Part shown: in pieces, positions 23,759-37,149 of the stretch | Layout: the number at the start of each line of letters is the position of its first letter | Position numbering within the stretch: the stretch's first letter is position 1 | DNA from: Malacoraja senta | Lineage: Eukaryota | Length of the DNA: 64,000 nt | Assembly (NCBI GenBank): GCA_038087875.1 | Contig: CM075988.1 | Location: 12,836,001 to 12,900,000, forward strand | Direction of reading: 5' to 3' | Program-made: the position numbers and the translations under genes | The notes under the pieces: generated by a model | The model's input: the letters and a program-made list of their open reading frames with translations, nothing else | Told to the model about the DNA's origin: nothing | The model's database searches: none

Positions 23759-24539
23759 ATCACATGCAGGTGATTTGTTGGTGCATTCAAATGAACTTTA
23801 CATCTCATATATGCTAAGAAAATGAACCATATTCTGTTGAAAAGCAATTAAATTCAGTTCCTGCCATGTATGTATGTGTAGATTTGGACCAGTGATGTGA
23901 ATCCGGCTGAGCAAATGCAAACAAATCCCATGAGAAATTTGTTCATCATTTGACTCTATCTTGTTGCTTAAGAAGTGTTCTTTGAATGCAGAATTTTCAG
24001 GCTGGTTAATATTACAGATAATAAGAAACAGCAACTGTAATAGACCAGAGAGTCCTCGCATTGAGGATGATCACTATTGTTCTGATTTTTCACCTTTGTC
24101 ATTTTCCAACCTGATCTCCATAAGCCTCAAGCCTAAAACTCTATCTAAGCCTTGAATGCATTTAATGTTTCCACTGCCACAAACCTCTGACGTTGAGAAC
24201 CGTTAACGCTGTTTATCTTTGCACATATTCTCCCTATTGAATGTTTCAAAACATTTCTGTTTTAATGACAATAATTCACCCATTAGTGACAGAAAACTCG
24301 AACACACCTTATTGTTTTATTGCTGTTCTTCAATATTCCCATCTTTGTCTTTTCTCTTGAATTCATTGACTTGAGCTGTGGTTGATTCATAGGTCATAGG
24401 TCACCCTTCAATTCACCACTGAACCATTCTGTAAAATGTGAACAGATTAGACCAATAGGGCTCATATACAAGTGTGTGAAATTCCACTAATCGCAGAAGA
24501 CCGTTGTTCACCTAGTATTGCGGAACATATATTCATATA

Positions 24540-24784
24540 AGGCCATAAAGCACAGGAGCAGAATTAGGCCATTTGGCCCATCAAGTCTGCTCCACCATTC
24601 GATCATGGCTGATCTACTTTTTCCCCCTCAATCCCATTCTCCTGCCTTCTCCCCCTAACGTTTGATGCCCTTACTAATCAAGAACTTATCAACATCCGCT
24701 TTAAAAATACCCAGTGACTCTGCCTCCCTGTCATCTGTGGCAATAAAGATTCACCTCCCTCTGGCTAAAGAAATTCCTCCTCAT
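24540..24784 (-). mobile_element. CR1 LINE 3' fragment
   Basis: Antisense 3' UTR and RRNFFSQR-coding remnant. Confidence 0.75.
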
Positions 24785-24794
24785 GTAGTATGGT

Positions 24795-25103
24795 GGTACG
24801 GTGGCGCAGCGGTAGAGTTGCTGCCTTACAGCGCTTGCAGCGCCAGAAACCCAGATTCGTTCCCAACTACGGGTGCTGTCTGTACGGAGTTTGTACGTTC
24901 TCCCCCGTGACCTGCATGGGTTTTCTCCGAGATCTTCGGTTTCTTCCCACACTCCAAAGACGTACAGGTATATAGGTAAATTGGCTTGGTAAATGCAAAA
25001 ACTGTCCTTAGTATGTGTTGGATAGTGTTAATGTGTGGGGGTCGCTGGTCGGCGCGGACCCGAAGGGCCTGTTTCCGGGCTTTATCTCTAAACTAAACTA
25101 AAG
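24795..25103 (+). mobile_element. V-SINE/HE1-like SINE, full length
   Basis: A-box TGGCGCAGCGG, B-box-like GATTCGTTCCC, V-domain, tail ...TCTCTAAACTAAACTAAA. Confidence 0.88.
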
Positions 25104-26019
25104 TAATGAGCAGACAAATTTTCAGAGGAATATCTGTGAACCACAACCTAAAATAATCTTGACATAGTGTCATAGAGTTCATGAATGAATTAATTGTTCA
25201 GATATCCTGTTAATAACATTACTGCAGTAAATAGTTTTCAGCCAAACAGGACGTCCTCAATACAAGTATTACACATTTATTACAGCTTTCCAAGAAGCAT
25301 ATGAAGCAGATATGTGCTTTCATCTGCCAAGAAATCTCACAGATTGCTAAATTGTAAAATTGCCAAACCTCCCAGGTTAATGACTGAGGATGGATTAGTG
25401 ATGGTAATGTGCTTACTTCATCCTGCAGGATTGTATCTTCACACCAAACAGCAGTATTGCATCACATGCTACCTGCACACACGTATTTTCATTGTTTCAA
25501 CTGCAATAAGATTTCCAAAGATCATTGGGAAAGTACAGACACAAGGAACATTCCTCTATGGTTATGCAAACTGCTTAATCGACTGTTAAATTATTTTTAT
25601 GCCTAAATCATGTTCAAATTATCAGGATTTTGAATGTTGATGGCTAGATTTGGTCTGAAGTAAAAATGCATTTAGAAAGCTCAGCAAAATCAATTGTTAT
25701 GGTCTGGAGTAATTTTGCCATTTCCAAGTTACAGGAATGGGAACTGTATGCCCAGCCACACCCAAGTAGGAATATTTGAGGAGCAATATCCCTGTAGAAA
25801 GCCATTACGTGAAGATAAATTTACAATTTCTATGAGTTACACCAAATGTTTTGAGGGAGGGGAGTTTGTGTAATAATCCTCAAAAACTGGGAGTCTCTGC
25901 TGAACTCAGAAATGTTATAAATCTTAGTCGACCATGGTTTGGGAAATTTATTGTGGGATTTAATGCTTTAAAGTAAGCAGTGCTTTATAATGAATAATCT
26001 TCAACAGTGTCATTCTAGG

Positions 26020-26650
26020 TGAAAGGTGCATTCTAGAAGGAGTCTGGTATGCTGGCCTTCATCGGTCAAGGTATTGAATATCAGTGTCAGGAAGTCACAT
26101 AGGGTTTTTAGGACTTTATAGAACTTTGGTTATTTAGAGTATTATGTGCAGTTCTGGTCATCGCATTATAGGAAAATCGTGGAGGATTATGAGATGATGC
26201 ATAAGATGTTTTCCAAAATGCTGCTTGGATTAGATAGTATTAGCTACTGTAGAAGTGAGAGGTTGGACAACCTTGGGTGGTTTTCTCTGGAGCCTCGGAG
26301 GATGGGGGACACGATGCAAGCATATAAAATGATGAGAGGCATAGACAAGGGTAGACTGTCAGAACCATTTTCGCAGGGTGTAAATGTCAAAGACTCAAGG
26401 GCATAGTTTTAACATGAGAGGAATACATTTTAAAGGAGATGCGTGGGGCAAGATCTTTAGTGCTAAGTGTCGGCAGTGAAAGCAGATATGATAGGGGCAT
26501 TTAAGAGGCTTCTTGATAAGCACATGGATATGGAGGGGCATGGATCACATGCAGACAGAGGAGATTAACTTGGCATCATGTTCGGTGCATCATTGTGGGC
26601 CTCAGGGCATGATCCTGTGCAGTACTTTTCCATGTTCTGCATTCTATGGT
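26020..26650 (+). mobile_element. Degenerate CR1 LINE 3' fragment
   Basis: ORF 26146-26406 encodes QFWSSHYRK...ERLDNLGWFSLEPRRMG...YKMMRGID. Confidence 0.8.
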
Positions 26651-27196
26651 CTGTCAGTTCTGCATAAATTCCAAGAGGTAGAAAGATCTTGTTACATTTT
26701 GTTGGTTCTCCTTGTGGTAATTTGCCTTCCCACCTGAAGAAACAAATTCCAACAAGAAATAATGCCCTTAAAAAATGCACATGTTCCTCAAAACCGCTTC
26801 AGGAAATTTGTTTATGCTTCATTAGAGTGCTTGACAATACAACTTGTTACATGATTTACCTTACTGGTGATCACATTTGTGTTGAATTATTGATCTTTTT
26901 GCAACAAACGCCTGTGCTGTTTCAGAGGGACAAACACCTGAAGCTTTGGCAATTGAAATTAATTGCTTGACTGAAGGTATGAGAAAAAGTTATATGATGG
27001 CTTTCTAATACAAGGACTATAAATGCCCTCAACACCGAATCAGTGTAGTGGATGATATGTTTTGAATCATGTATTCCAATTCAGCGTCGCCTGGTTGAAT
27101 TGATGAGGAGGTATTAGAAAGTTATCAGCAATGTTACAGAAATTATACATTAGGTATATTGCAGAAGTTAAGCTAAAAGGTTTCTGTACTTTACAG

Positions 27197-27348
27197 GCTT
27201 GCTACTGGATTAAATGGTGTGCAAATTAAGAAAAATGGAGATACATCTGTGCTTACATTCTTTAATGTTTCGGAAGAGGATTATGGAAACTATACCTGTG
27301 TGGCAATGAACAAACTTGGCACCTCAAATACAAGTGTTCTTCTCTTTG
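27197..27348 (+). CDS. OPCML: IgLON (OPCML-like) coding exon, second half of Ig domain 3 (absent from the ORF track)
   Basis: Acceptor ctgtactttacag|G and donor TTTG|gtaggt; 152 nt, phase 2 to 1, in frame with the previous exon. Encodes (R)[50 protein letters not shown], with the Ig DxGxYTC motif and sequons NVS, NYT and NTS. RLATGL is OPCML-like. Confidence 0.93.
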
Positions 27349-29669
27349 GTAGGTACCTGAAGTAGGAATTGGTAATCACTTAGATATTTAACCTTTTTAC
27401 TAATTTTTGCAAGGAACAAAGGTTTACACCACACTAGAGCTGCACATTAAAGTCCATTTGGAGATGGTCACTAACGTTACTAATTTATCCCAATTACCGA
27501 CCATATCCAATCCCCCCACCCACGTACATAAATGGAACTGAGAGACCATTCATCTACCTTATTTCACTCCCAATGTTCTGGCTGGATTTGTAATAACTTT
27601 TCAACAAAATAGACTTGATACCTATGGGAACATTCCTGAATATATTTCATGACCTGATTTTTCATTGGAATGAACACGTTAATTCTTGAACACATCAGTT
27701 TTGGGTTGGATAACTTCATAAATTATTGATTCCATTTTAACAAGAATACATTATCCATGAACGTTGCATTTTGAAGCCTTATAACTGTGCCTGTAGAGGT
27801 AAAGAAGCAAAGATTTAAACATAGTGTGCTTAACAGAACTACATTATAGTTTACATTATAGGATAATTTGTTTTACGAATTGAAATCCATTGTGACATTT
27901 TTTTTATTCTCCCACGGAATAAGAACATTTTATATAAACGTATTGCTCTTGATTGATTTAGTCATTATTTTGTCTGAAAACAGTGTCAGAATATGATCTC
28001 AATTAAATGGAAAATGTTCTTGAAATGATAAGTAAATGCATCCATCAGGATTTTTTGTTCAGCATCATGTTTTTTTTTTAAATGTTTAATTATGATAGTA
28101 ACCATTTCTGTTGCTGTGAATAATTTTTTGGGGGACTTTATATAAAACCTGATACAGAATTGGGTTTGTATACATTTCTTTCCTCTTGCTGTTCTTTATA
28201 ATTGATTCACTTTTTTTTAAATGTTGTGATCTTTTTAATCAATTCCACACAGGCATTTTACAACTAGGTCATTAGATCTGGAAAGCTGTCAAAGCAATTT
28301 ACTGATTTGCAATTGGGAACATTAATCATATGCAAGCCAGCTTGACTGCAAGAAAACTTCAGTGCCCTTAGATTATGATTCAGTTTAATATCCATTGAGG
28401 AGATGATTAGAATGATTTTTAATGTTCCAACCTCTCCATCCCCAAACCAGAAAATTAGCCTCTTGAAAACATGTCTCCATGGGCAAAAGTGGTTTAAATG
28501 GGAATGCTAATTTGGTCCATCAAACATGAACGCTTCATTAATTCTAAACAGAACAATAAATAACTTGACCCAGTTGAAGAACTTGAAAACTAATTACCTT
28601 ATATTAATTTAAAAGTCAGTATCTTAAATAAATTGTTCTTTAAAGGCTGAAATGGCAATATTCTCTGATATGTGATTCTCCAGAATCAAAACCCAGAAGT
28701 GGAGACTCCTATAGATGCAATTACAATTCCACATAAACCGAGACTATGTGGCTAAGACTTCATAATCCAAATTTTCAAATTAGCACCCAAGGCAATTTCC
28801 ACTTTGAAACATATTAATTTATTTTCTTCTCACATAATTCGTGCTTGTCTGCACTGACCTCTATTGAAGTTACTTGTATAACAGCCCAATTTTCATTCTT
28901 GATTCATCTGCAGATTACTGCCATTTATTAACTACTGGGCATGGCAGATGATGCTTGACAAATAACCTCAGGTGGAGATGTATCATGCCTACATCTACAA
29001 TAATACCAGAAGGCATGAGGCATAATTTATCTTCTGATCCTTAACCCCAAGAATGTGCCTCATAACAAGGCATATTCTATGGTACAATGACACTGGATCA
29101 TTTCACAAATAAATTAACAATGTATTTGTTTTCATTCATAAAGTTTATTTTCCACTTGTTGCTTCAATGAACCATGCTGAGTTTGAGAACATGGCCGGCT
29201 ATAAAGTTCTTTTTGCATATTGAGCCTGTGTTTGTCAACAACAGATGGCTGGAATAATTTTGTTCTGCGCTAATTTAGACGTGTTAATCTACTTCACAGC
29301 ATGTCCGCTGGCAAGAATTGTCCAACACATGCCCCATAGGACTGTTCTGTTTCATTCTGAATCTGAGGGTATTGTCCTTTTGTCCAACAAGTTCAAAAAT
29401 GCTTCAGTTTGTTAAAGGAACAAATAAACTTGTATTAGGTTCACTGGTGGATAGAATGTTGTATATTAATCAATATAGAATAATTATGCTAATAAATGGA
29501 CAACCCAGATCTATTAAGATAATACCTAATGACAGAAACATAAAGATGCAGTTACAATCGCATTGTTCCTTCATTTAATAAGCTTCATAGTGCTTAGCGT
29601 TTACTTTAGCTCAACAATTATGTATCATTCCCACTCCGCACTCATTGATAAGTGAGAGATTATAATTAT

Positions 29670-30428
29670 AGACAATAAACAATAGGTGCAGGAGTAGGCC
29701 ATTCCGCCCTACGAGCCAGCACCGCCATTCAATGTGATCATGGCTGGTCATCCCCAACCAGTACCCCATTCCTGCCTTCTCCCCATATCCCCCGACTCCG
29801 CTAGCTTTAAGAGCCCTATCTAGCTCTCTCTTGAAAGCATCCAGAGAACCTGCCTTCACCGCCCTCTGAGGCAGAGAATTCCACAGACTCACCACTCTCT
29901 GTGAGAAAAAGTGTTTCCTCATCTCCGTTCTAAGTGGCTTACTACTTATTCTTAAACTGTGGCCCCTGGTTCTGGACTCCCCCAACATCGGGAGTATGTT
30001 TCCTGCCTCTAGCGTGTCCAAGCCCTTAACAATCTTATATGTTTCATGGAGATCCCTTCTCATCCTTCTAAACTCCAGAGTGTACAAGCCCAGCTGCTCC
30101 ACTCTCTCAGCATATGACAGTCCCGCCATCCCGAGAATTAACCTTGTAAACCTAAGCTGCACTCCCTCAATAGCAAGAATGTCCTTCCTCAAATTAAGGG
30201 ACCAAAACTGCACACAATACTCCAGGTTTGGTCTCACTAGGGCTCTGCACAACTGCAGAAGGACTTCTTTGCTCCTATATTCGATTACTCTTGTTATAAA
30301 AGCCAGCATGCCATTTGCTTTCTTCACTGCCTGCTGTACCTGCATGCTTACTTTCATAGACTGATGTACAAGGACCCCCAGATCCCGTTGTACTTCCCCT
30401 TTTCCCAACTTGACGCCATTTAGATAGT
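29670..30428 (-). mobile_element. CR1/HER1-like LINE 3' fragment, relatively young
   Basis: Uninterrupted ORF 29611-30408 encodes VQRDLGVLVH...LVRPNLEYCVQFWS...FFSQRVVSLWNSLP; the stop region is read through into the UTR. Confidence 0.93.
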
Positions 30429-30837
30429 AGCGTATTATGATCAGATAGTCCTGATGTCTTAAAATCTAAAGGTCTTAAAAAACAAACAATGTGCTGGAGA
30501 AACTCAGTGGTTCAGGCACATTCTGTGGAGGGAATGCTCAGATGGCACTTCAGGTCAGGACCCCTCTTCAGACTGATGGGGTAGAGGGGTGAAAGTTGGA
30601 AATGAGAGGTGGGTTGAGGGAGAGCCTATGAAGTGATAGGTGAGTACAGATAAGGGAGGGGGTTAGTGGAGATTGGCAGATGGATGAAAAGGAGACAAAA
30701 GGGTGTCAGATAAAGAAAGATGTCTTTCAGCCTTTTTTCCCAATCCACTTTAGACAACTCCACTTTCATACCATTATGTTTCCTTATTTATGTTGAAGAC
30801 AATGATTTTTTCCTATGATGTTCACTCTCAGATTGCA

Positions 30838-31320
30838 ATTAGTGGGCTGAGGAATGGCAGAGGGAGTTTAATCCAGATAAATGCAAGGTGTTGCACTTTG
30901 ATAAGACAAACTATAAGGAGAGGTTGGACAAACTTGGATGGTTTTCTTCTGGTTTTCTTCTGGAGCATTGAATGTTGAAGCGAGACCTGATGGAAGTTCA
31001 TAAAATTACGAGAGGCACAAATAGGGTAGACAGATAGAATCTTTTCTTTTCCAGAGTGGAAATGTCAGACTTGAGAGCTTAACGTTAAGGTGAGAGAAGC
31101 AAAGATTAAAGGAGATGAGCGTGGCAAGTTTTTTTACATAGAGAGCAATAGGTGCCTGGAACACCCTTGATGATGGTGGAGGCAGATACAACAGTGGCAT
31201 TTAAGAGGGTTTTTTAGATGGAGGGATATGGATCACGAGCAGGCAGAAGAGATTAACATGGCAACATGTTCGGCATAGACATTGTGGGCCTGTTCCTGTG
31301 TTGAACTCTTCCATGTTCTA
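30838..31320 (+). mobile_element. Degenerate CR1 LINE 3' fragment
   Basis: GAGAGGTTGGACAAACTTGG...GACCTGATGGAAGTTCATAAAATT and the 3' UTR. Confidence 0.7.
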
Positions 31321-34300
31321 AAACCAACAATGGATCAATTTGTCACCAACTTGAATATTATCATAGCATCTGGTTTGTTTATAACCAACATCTATCTTCA
31401 TGTAATTATCTAATTTTGCTTAAATTTCCCCCATGACTATGTAAGTATTAATAAGCATAGTAGCAGTGGACAAAGGTCGATTCAGAACCTCCCTGAGCAT
31501 ATTGTTTAATCTTTGATCTCATTATGTTACACCAGCAGTGCTCTATCGACTTTTAGTATAGAAGTAACTTCACACTTAGAACTGTTGGGTTTGCAGGTAT
31601 GTTAGCAAATCTTAGATTTTGTTATATGGGGATAAATCATGCTATCTGAGGCTTAATGATAGTGATGTTCCCAGAAAGGATTCACTACAGTTCGTGAAAA
31701 GGACATTACAATGTGACACATGCACATGTCTTTGCTTCCTCCTTATCTGTGACTGGACAGTTTCACTCGTGAATAACCAAATCCTTTTAATCAAAATAGA
31801 AACCCGATTCATTTTACATTAGCAGTGAGTTAACTGATTTCACCTTCAGCAATCACGACTCACACTTAATATCCTTTTCCCAGGGAAACTTAATACCCTT
31901 TTGAGGAGAATTCAACTTGAGGTTTGCTGTTCTGAACATTAGTCAGCAATCCTTCCTAACAGTGCCTGCGGGTACACTTTAACTGAAGACAAAACCTTGA
32001 TTTTCCAAGATTTTCCTGCTATCATCAGCTGTGACGCTGACACATAAATATTTGTCCCTAGGGCAACCTGTGGTGAGATTGGAGCAATGACCAACAAAGA
32101 CAGCTATTTAAAGAAAGGTAGAATGAAAATGATCAAGAAAGTTAATGAAAAGAAAATCCTTAGCATTAAACTCTACTATGCTGGTATTTTTCCCTGCTTT
32201 GCGTAAAGCAAGTTAGTATATGTAAGTGACCTGACGTGGTTTTCGTTCTCAAGCCACACACAGATTGTATGTATTTAGCCACATGTAGTAGGTACTGGAT
32301 GAGGACATGGCTCGATGCAGATCTACTGTAGATTATCAATAGATCAATCGTTTTAAGTAACGTCATTTGTTTGGTTCGTATTTCATGGCCAAATACAAAC
32401 CAACAGTCAAACATTGACAACAAAACAAGAGAATAAAACCACCTGGTCAATAATTATTTTGCCATTATTATGTCCTTTGTAGAAACGTTAATTTTAATCA
32501 CTCATTATACATTTCCTGCCTTTTATTATAAACCACTGATCCCCTAGATTATCAGCCCTTCATATTTCCATGATTATTCTTTTGAATATTTACATATGTT
32601 ATTTTTGATGATTTTGTAAATATTACATTGCCCTAATTGTGTTGATTTTAATCAGTCTATTAATATTTTAAAAAAAATTTAAAACAAAATATTTCTGCGT
32701 TAGTGTGTCAAGAAGCATCTTGGGAGAGAGAGAGTTAACATTTCAGATCAGCGACTTTATCAGAACCGAGAAAAAATTGAATTCAAGACAGTTTTAACTT
32801 GCAGAGAAAGAGAAGGAGTGGAGAGGGCATATGGAAGGATTATGATTCTGTGCAGACAAGGAGAATTTGAATAAAGTGCATTGTGTTCAGATGTGATACC
32901 GCGATTATCAAAAGAATGGATACCAAGCTAAGTGGATGTCTACTTTAGATAATGTCCCGCACAGACATACAATGTTCCAGTAGTTCATTATGTTTGACAC
33001 GGAAATCTCCAAAACCCCACGACATTTTGAATCACACAAATTAGATTAGTAGAAAATATCCGCTGGATGGAATTTCATGTTGCTAGGAGTGTCATAGTTG
33101 CTGGAAAATACATCAGCCATTTAATCCTATCTCACACAGGAATTAATTTGGACCTTGCTAATTAGCACAGTGGGCTTTCAGATCACAGGATAACTGGTTT
33201 TGTCAGAGTCATTTTGTACAGCAATTGAGTTTTCTGTTGTGAAATTCTGTCCTGTTTCTTAGTACTTGGAATTCACTCTGCCATAGATACTGGCAGCAGG
33301 CTTGGAGCCAATGTTTTTTTTTGTTGAATAAAACTTTTAAATATAAAGTTAAAGGTGATGTAAATTAACCCACCTAATCACCATGTCTAAATATTAATTA
33401 TCGTTAAAATAATTCTCTGAGTGGCAAGAAGTGCTGAGGTGAGGGCACAGCTTGTGATATTGGCTTGAGCAGCTCAGTGAGATACAAATGAACCTTCTGC
33501 CAGCTACACCGTTAAATTCTACAGAGGAAAATTGAAATTATTTCTGCGTGCGATTCAGTATAAAAAAATGGAGCACGCAATGATAGCAAGCGGAATCCAG
33601 ATAACTAAGGATTGAAATACAAACATTCAGGATGTCTTTGATATAAATTTAATGTTTAACACCATGGGCTGCAGTGAGTGATGGAAACTGCCTTGTTCTG
33701 AGCAGGTGGGAAAATTGATGAGGTATGCTACAGACTTTGGCTGCATTAGGAACAAAATCATGCTTCAGTGCCTGTGGTGTTCGAAGAACCAAAGCTCAGT
33801 AGGCTTGGAATTAATTTTGTTAGCTGTCAACAGTAATATTGCTGTTCAATTAAAATTCAATTTTTTGGCTGAATATATACACAAAATTGCTTTTCATAAT
33901 CGGATTGACATGTTTCAAACCCAAGGTTTTCCTGGCTTGGTGATCTTCAACAGTCACTGGTTCTCAGTTCACCTTTATTCTCGAACTTGATCAGTCCATC
34001 ACTCTTTAGAAATATTTCAGTTGAAAAGGTCATAGGAGGAAGCTGTGCACAGTAAGTGTTTCACTGACACTTCTTCTAACTGCTCGGAAGCTATTGCTTT
34101 TAATTGCTCATCACCCCAGGAGGACAGAACTTTCCACCTAACACCTTCAAGATCACTTGTTTCAACTTACCAACATGGTAAATTAGAGTCATATGGTGTA
34201 GAAACATGCTCTACAAACCATTGTCCATGCCAGCAATCAAGCCATTTACACCAATCCTACACAAATCCCATTTAATTCTCCCCACATTCTCAAGATCTCA

Positions 34301-37020
34301 AAATAGATTGTGTTTAATGATGGCCACTTGTTTTATTTCTAACATGTCATTTAGATTTTAATTGAACTTCCATCCTTACATCTGTTATTAAAAATTCTGC
34401 AGAAGGGTCTCGAACAACGAAACATCGCTTATTCCTTTTCTCCAGGGATGCTGCCTGGCCCGCTGTGTTCCTCCAGCACTATGTGTCTATCCCATCTTAA
34501 CAATATTGATTCTTGCTGGAATATGATGAATTATCCTCCTGAGCAATATTGAAGCACAAACACACACAAAGACACACACTCACATCAGGTTATGGTTACA
34601 CACCCCCGACCTGATGTCAATCATGATACCCTTAATATTTCTACTTCTCTGGTTAATATTTCATGACATCATAGAATTTAATCCTTATGCAGGAACAGAC
34701 CATTCAGCCCCTTTAGCTATGCTGCTGTTAAATAATGACTAAGCTTTGTAATTTTTCCCTTTGCACTATAAATGGGGATGGAAGACATTGCAGAGACTTG
34801 AACATTGAGCAAAAAACAAACTGGTGGAGAAGCTCAGCAGGTTATCAGTATCTATGAAGGGAAATTATAGATGATGTTTTGGGTCAGGACCCTTCTTCAA
34901 AACTCAGGAACGGTCCTGACCTAAAATGTCATCTGTCATTTCTCTCCACAAATGTCATCTGAATCACTAAGTTCTACCAGCAGTTTGCTTTCTGCTCCGA
35001 GAGTTAAAAATTTACATGTGGCAATTGACCATGCATCTTTGTGGAAAAGCATAGCTCTTTGTGGAAAAGTATTCCAAACTTCTACCACCCTCTGTGGAAA
35101 TTTCTACCATCCTCAACTGAATCTTTTGAAATCCAGCTCCACTTAGACTCGCTCCAAGCTCCAACTTCCCCATTGAACTGAAGTCATTTCTCTCTGTCCA
35201 TTTTATCAGCACCTCTTAACACTTTGAAAAATCAAATTAGTTCATATTCAAGTCAATTCAAGATAATCTGCCCATTTTTCATATAAGCCAACTCCTGATA
35301 TACAGATAATTTCTAATAAATTTTGATTAAAATCTTGTCAAGGTCAATATGTTTTTGTAAAGATGCAGTGCTCTCCATACTCCAGGTATAATCAGAACAT
35401 ATCTTCTCACCTTTCCTTTCAGGACTCTTGATATAATGTCCAGCATTTCCTGAACCATTTTAGTCATTGTCTTTAAGGGTCCATGATCCATGTTCTCTTT
35501 GAATCCCCACTCCTTTTTGTTTTACAGCATTTAGAAAACTCTCAGTTCCATCTATGTTAAATCAAGTGTGGATGACCATTGATAAAATCCATGACCACAA
35601 CTTTGCCCACTCACTCAACCCATGAATTGTCTCCTTGTAATCATTTCTTCATGTTCAGCTCTTAATGTGTCCTCAGGGGAACCATTCACCTTGTGTTAAA
35701 CGTTATGTCCATTTTAGGTTCTCATCTTCCCGCAGCGCGATCCCCTTACCATAAGGATGAATGGCCTGACCTCTCACAGGGCTGTTTTCCTGCTGCCAGG
35801 AGTAATCATGAGATGCATACAAGTGGTCGTAGTGACTAAAGCAACACAATTTCAGCCTCTATGTAGGATAGCACAACTTCATAACATCGCAGTTAAGGTG
35901 AAAAATTATAGGGGGGCTGCAGCAGCAACCCTATTTTCTAACATTATTTTACAGATCTGTGCTGATCAATAGGCACTTCATTGATTCCCTTTGAGCCTCA
36001 AGCCTATGGAAAAGGTTCTGTTTACGGCACCTCAATTTTGATGACAAGGTGATCCATAAGTTTAGTTTAGTTTGCACGGAACCCAAAGCGCGCAGTCACA
36101 GGGAAAATGCACAATCTCCACACAGGCAACACCTAAGCACAGGATCGAACCCGGGTCTGCGACGCTGTGAAGCAGCAGCTTTATCAGCTGTGCCACTCAC
36201 TGTGGCAACCGGAAGTACACCCAGAGCTGCAGTTATGGTGCAATTTGCAAATGCAAGTTCTTCCCATCCCCGCTACTCCCAGAGTAATATTTTTCAGTTT
36301 TCCGTATTTTAATCTAATGTCTTAGATGCCACAGCCGACGTAAGTGAGTCTGAATGTCAAACAGCCTGTAATAGGTGCTAGCAACCCTGTATGTGGGAGT
36401 GCTAACTGCTGAAAGCTTGAACCACTGAGGCACCCTGAGGAATAATACAAATCAAAATTGTTATTTCCAGCATCCTGAAAGAATTTGTCAAGGGATTCTT
36501 CGAGACCAATGCAAGTCAAAGCCATGAATTAATGATTACAATGTACAGTAAATGTAACGCTGAATTGCATTTGATTGTACATCTGACACAGAAATTTTGA
36601 AGGGTAATGTCTTCATAAAAATTGCAAACCTTTCATTTGTTTCCATACACAAATTGCATTGCAACATGTGTTATTTAGATCTAAGGGTAAGATGATGAAA
36701 TGATACAGGGATTATCTGGCATTTCTCATTCTTAAAAAGAAAAATACAATCACCAAGGCTTTTTCATAAAGATTGCTGCTCTCAATCAACAACAACAAAA
36801 AATCTATCTCATCATATTCTGTTGACCTTGGCTTGAGGGAAGCATAGCTTTGTAATTGAAATTCCTGCCGTGCAAGGCAGGCAGAATATGTAAAACATCT
36901 GGGGCTGCAGTCTCCAAATCAGCTCAACAGCACCTCAGCCAGAGAAAGCAGACAATGCTGGTGACACTCAGGCAGCATCTGTAGAGCAGAAACAGAGTAC
37001 TGGATAGAAATGTTAACTGT

Positions 37021-37149
37021 GGAGAAAAGGAATGGGTGCCATCACCCATTTCTTCTCTCCAGAGATGCAGCATTGTCCAGCTGAGTTACTTTAGCTTTTT
37101 GTGTCTATCTTTGGCTTAAACCAGCATCTGCAATTCCTTCATACACCTA
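37021..37149 (+). mobile_element. Penelope-derived insertion with 13-bp target-site duplication
   Basis: AAATGTTAACTGT at 37008-37020 and 37150-37162. Confidence 0.7.

Noticed and set aside
24795..24870. tRNA-like heads here and in other SINE copies
   Set aside because: They are SINE heads that continue into the V-domain, with no complete cloverleaf.
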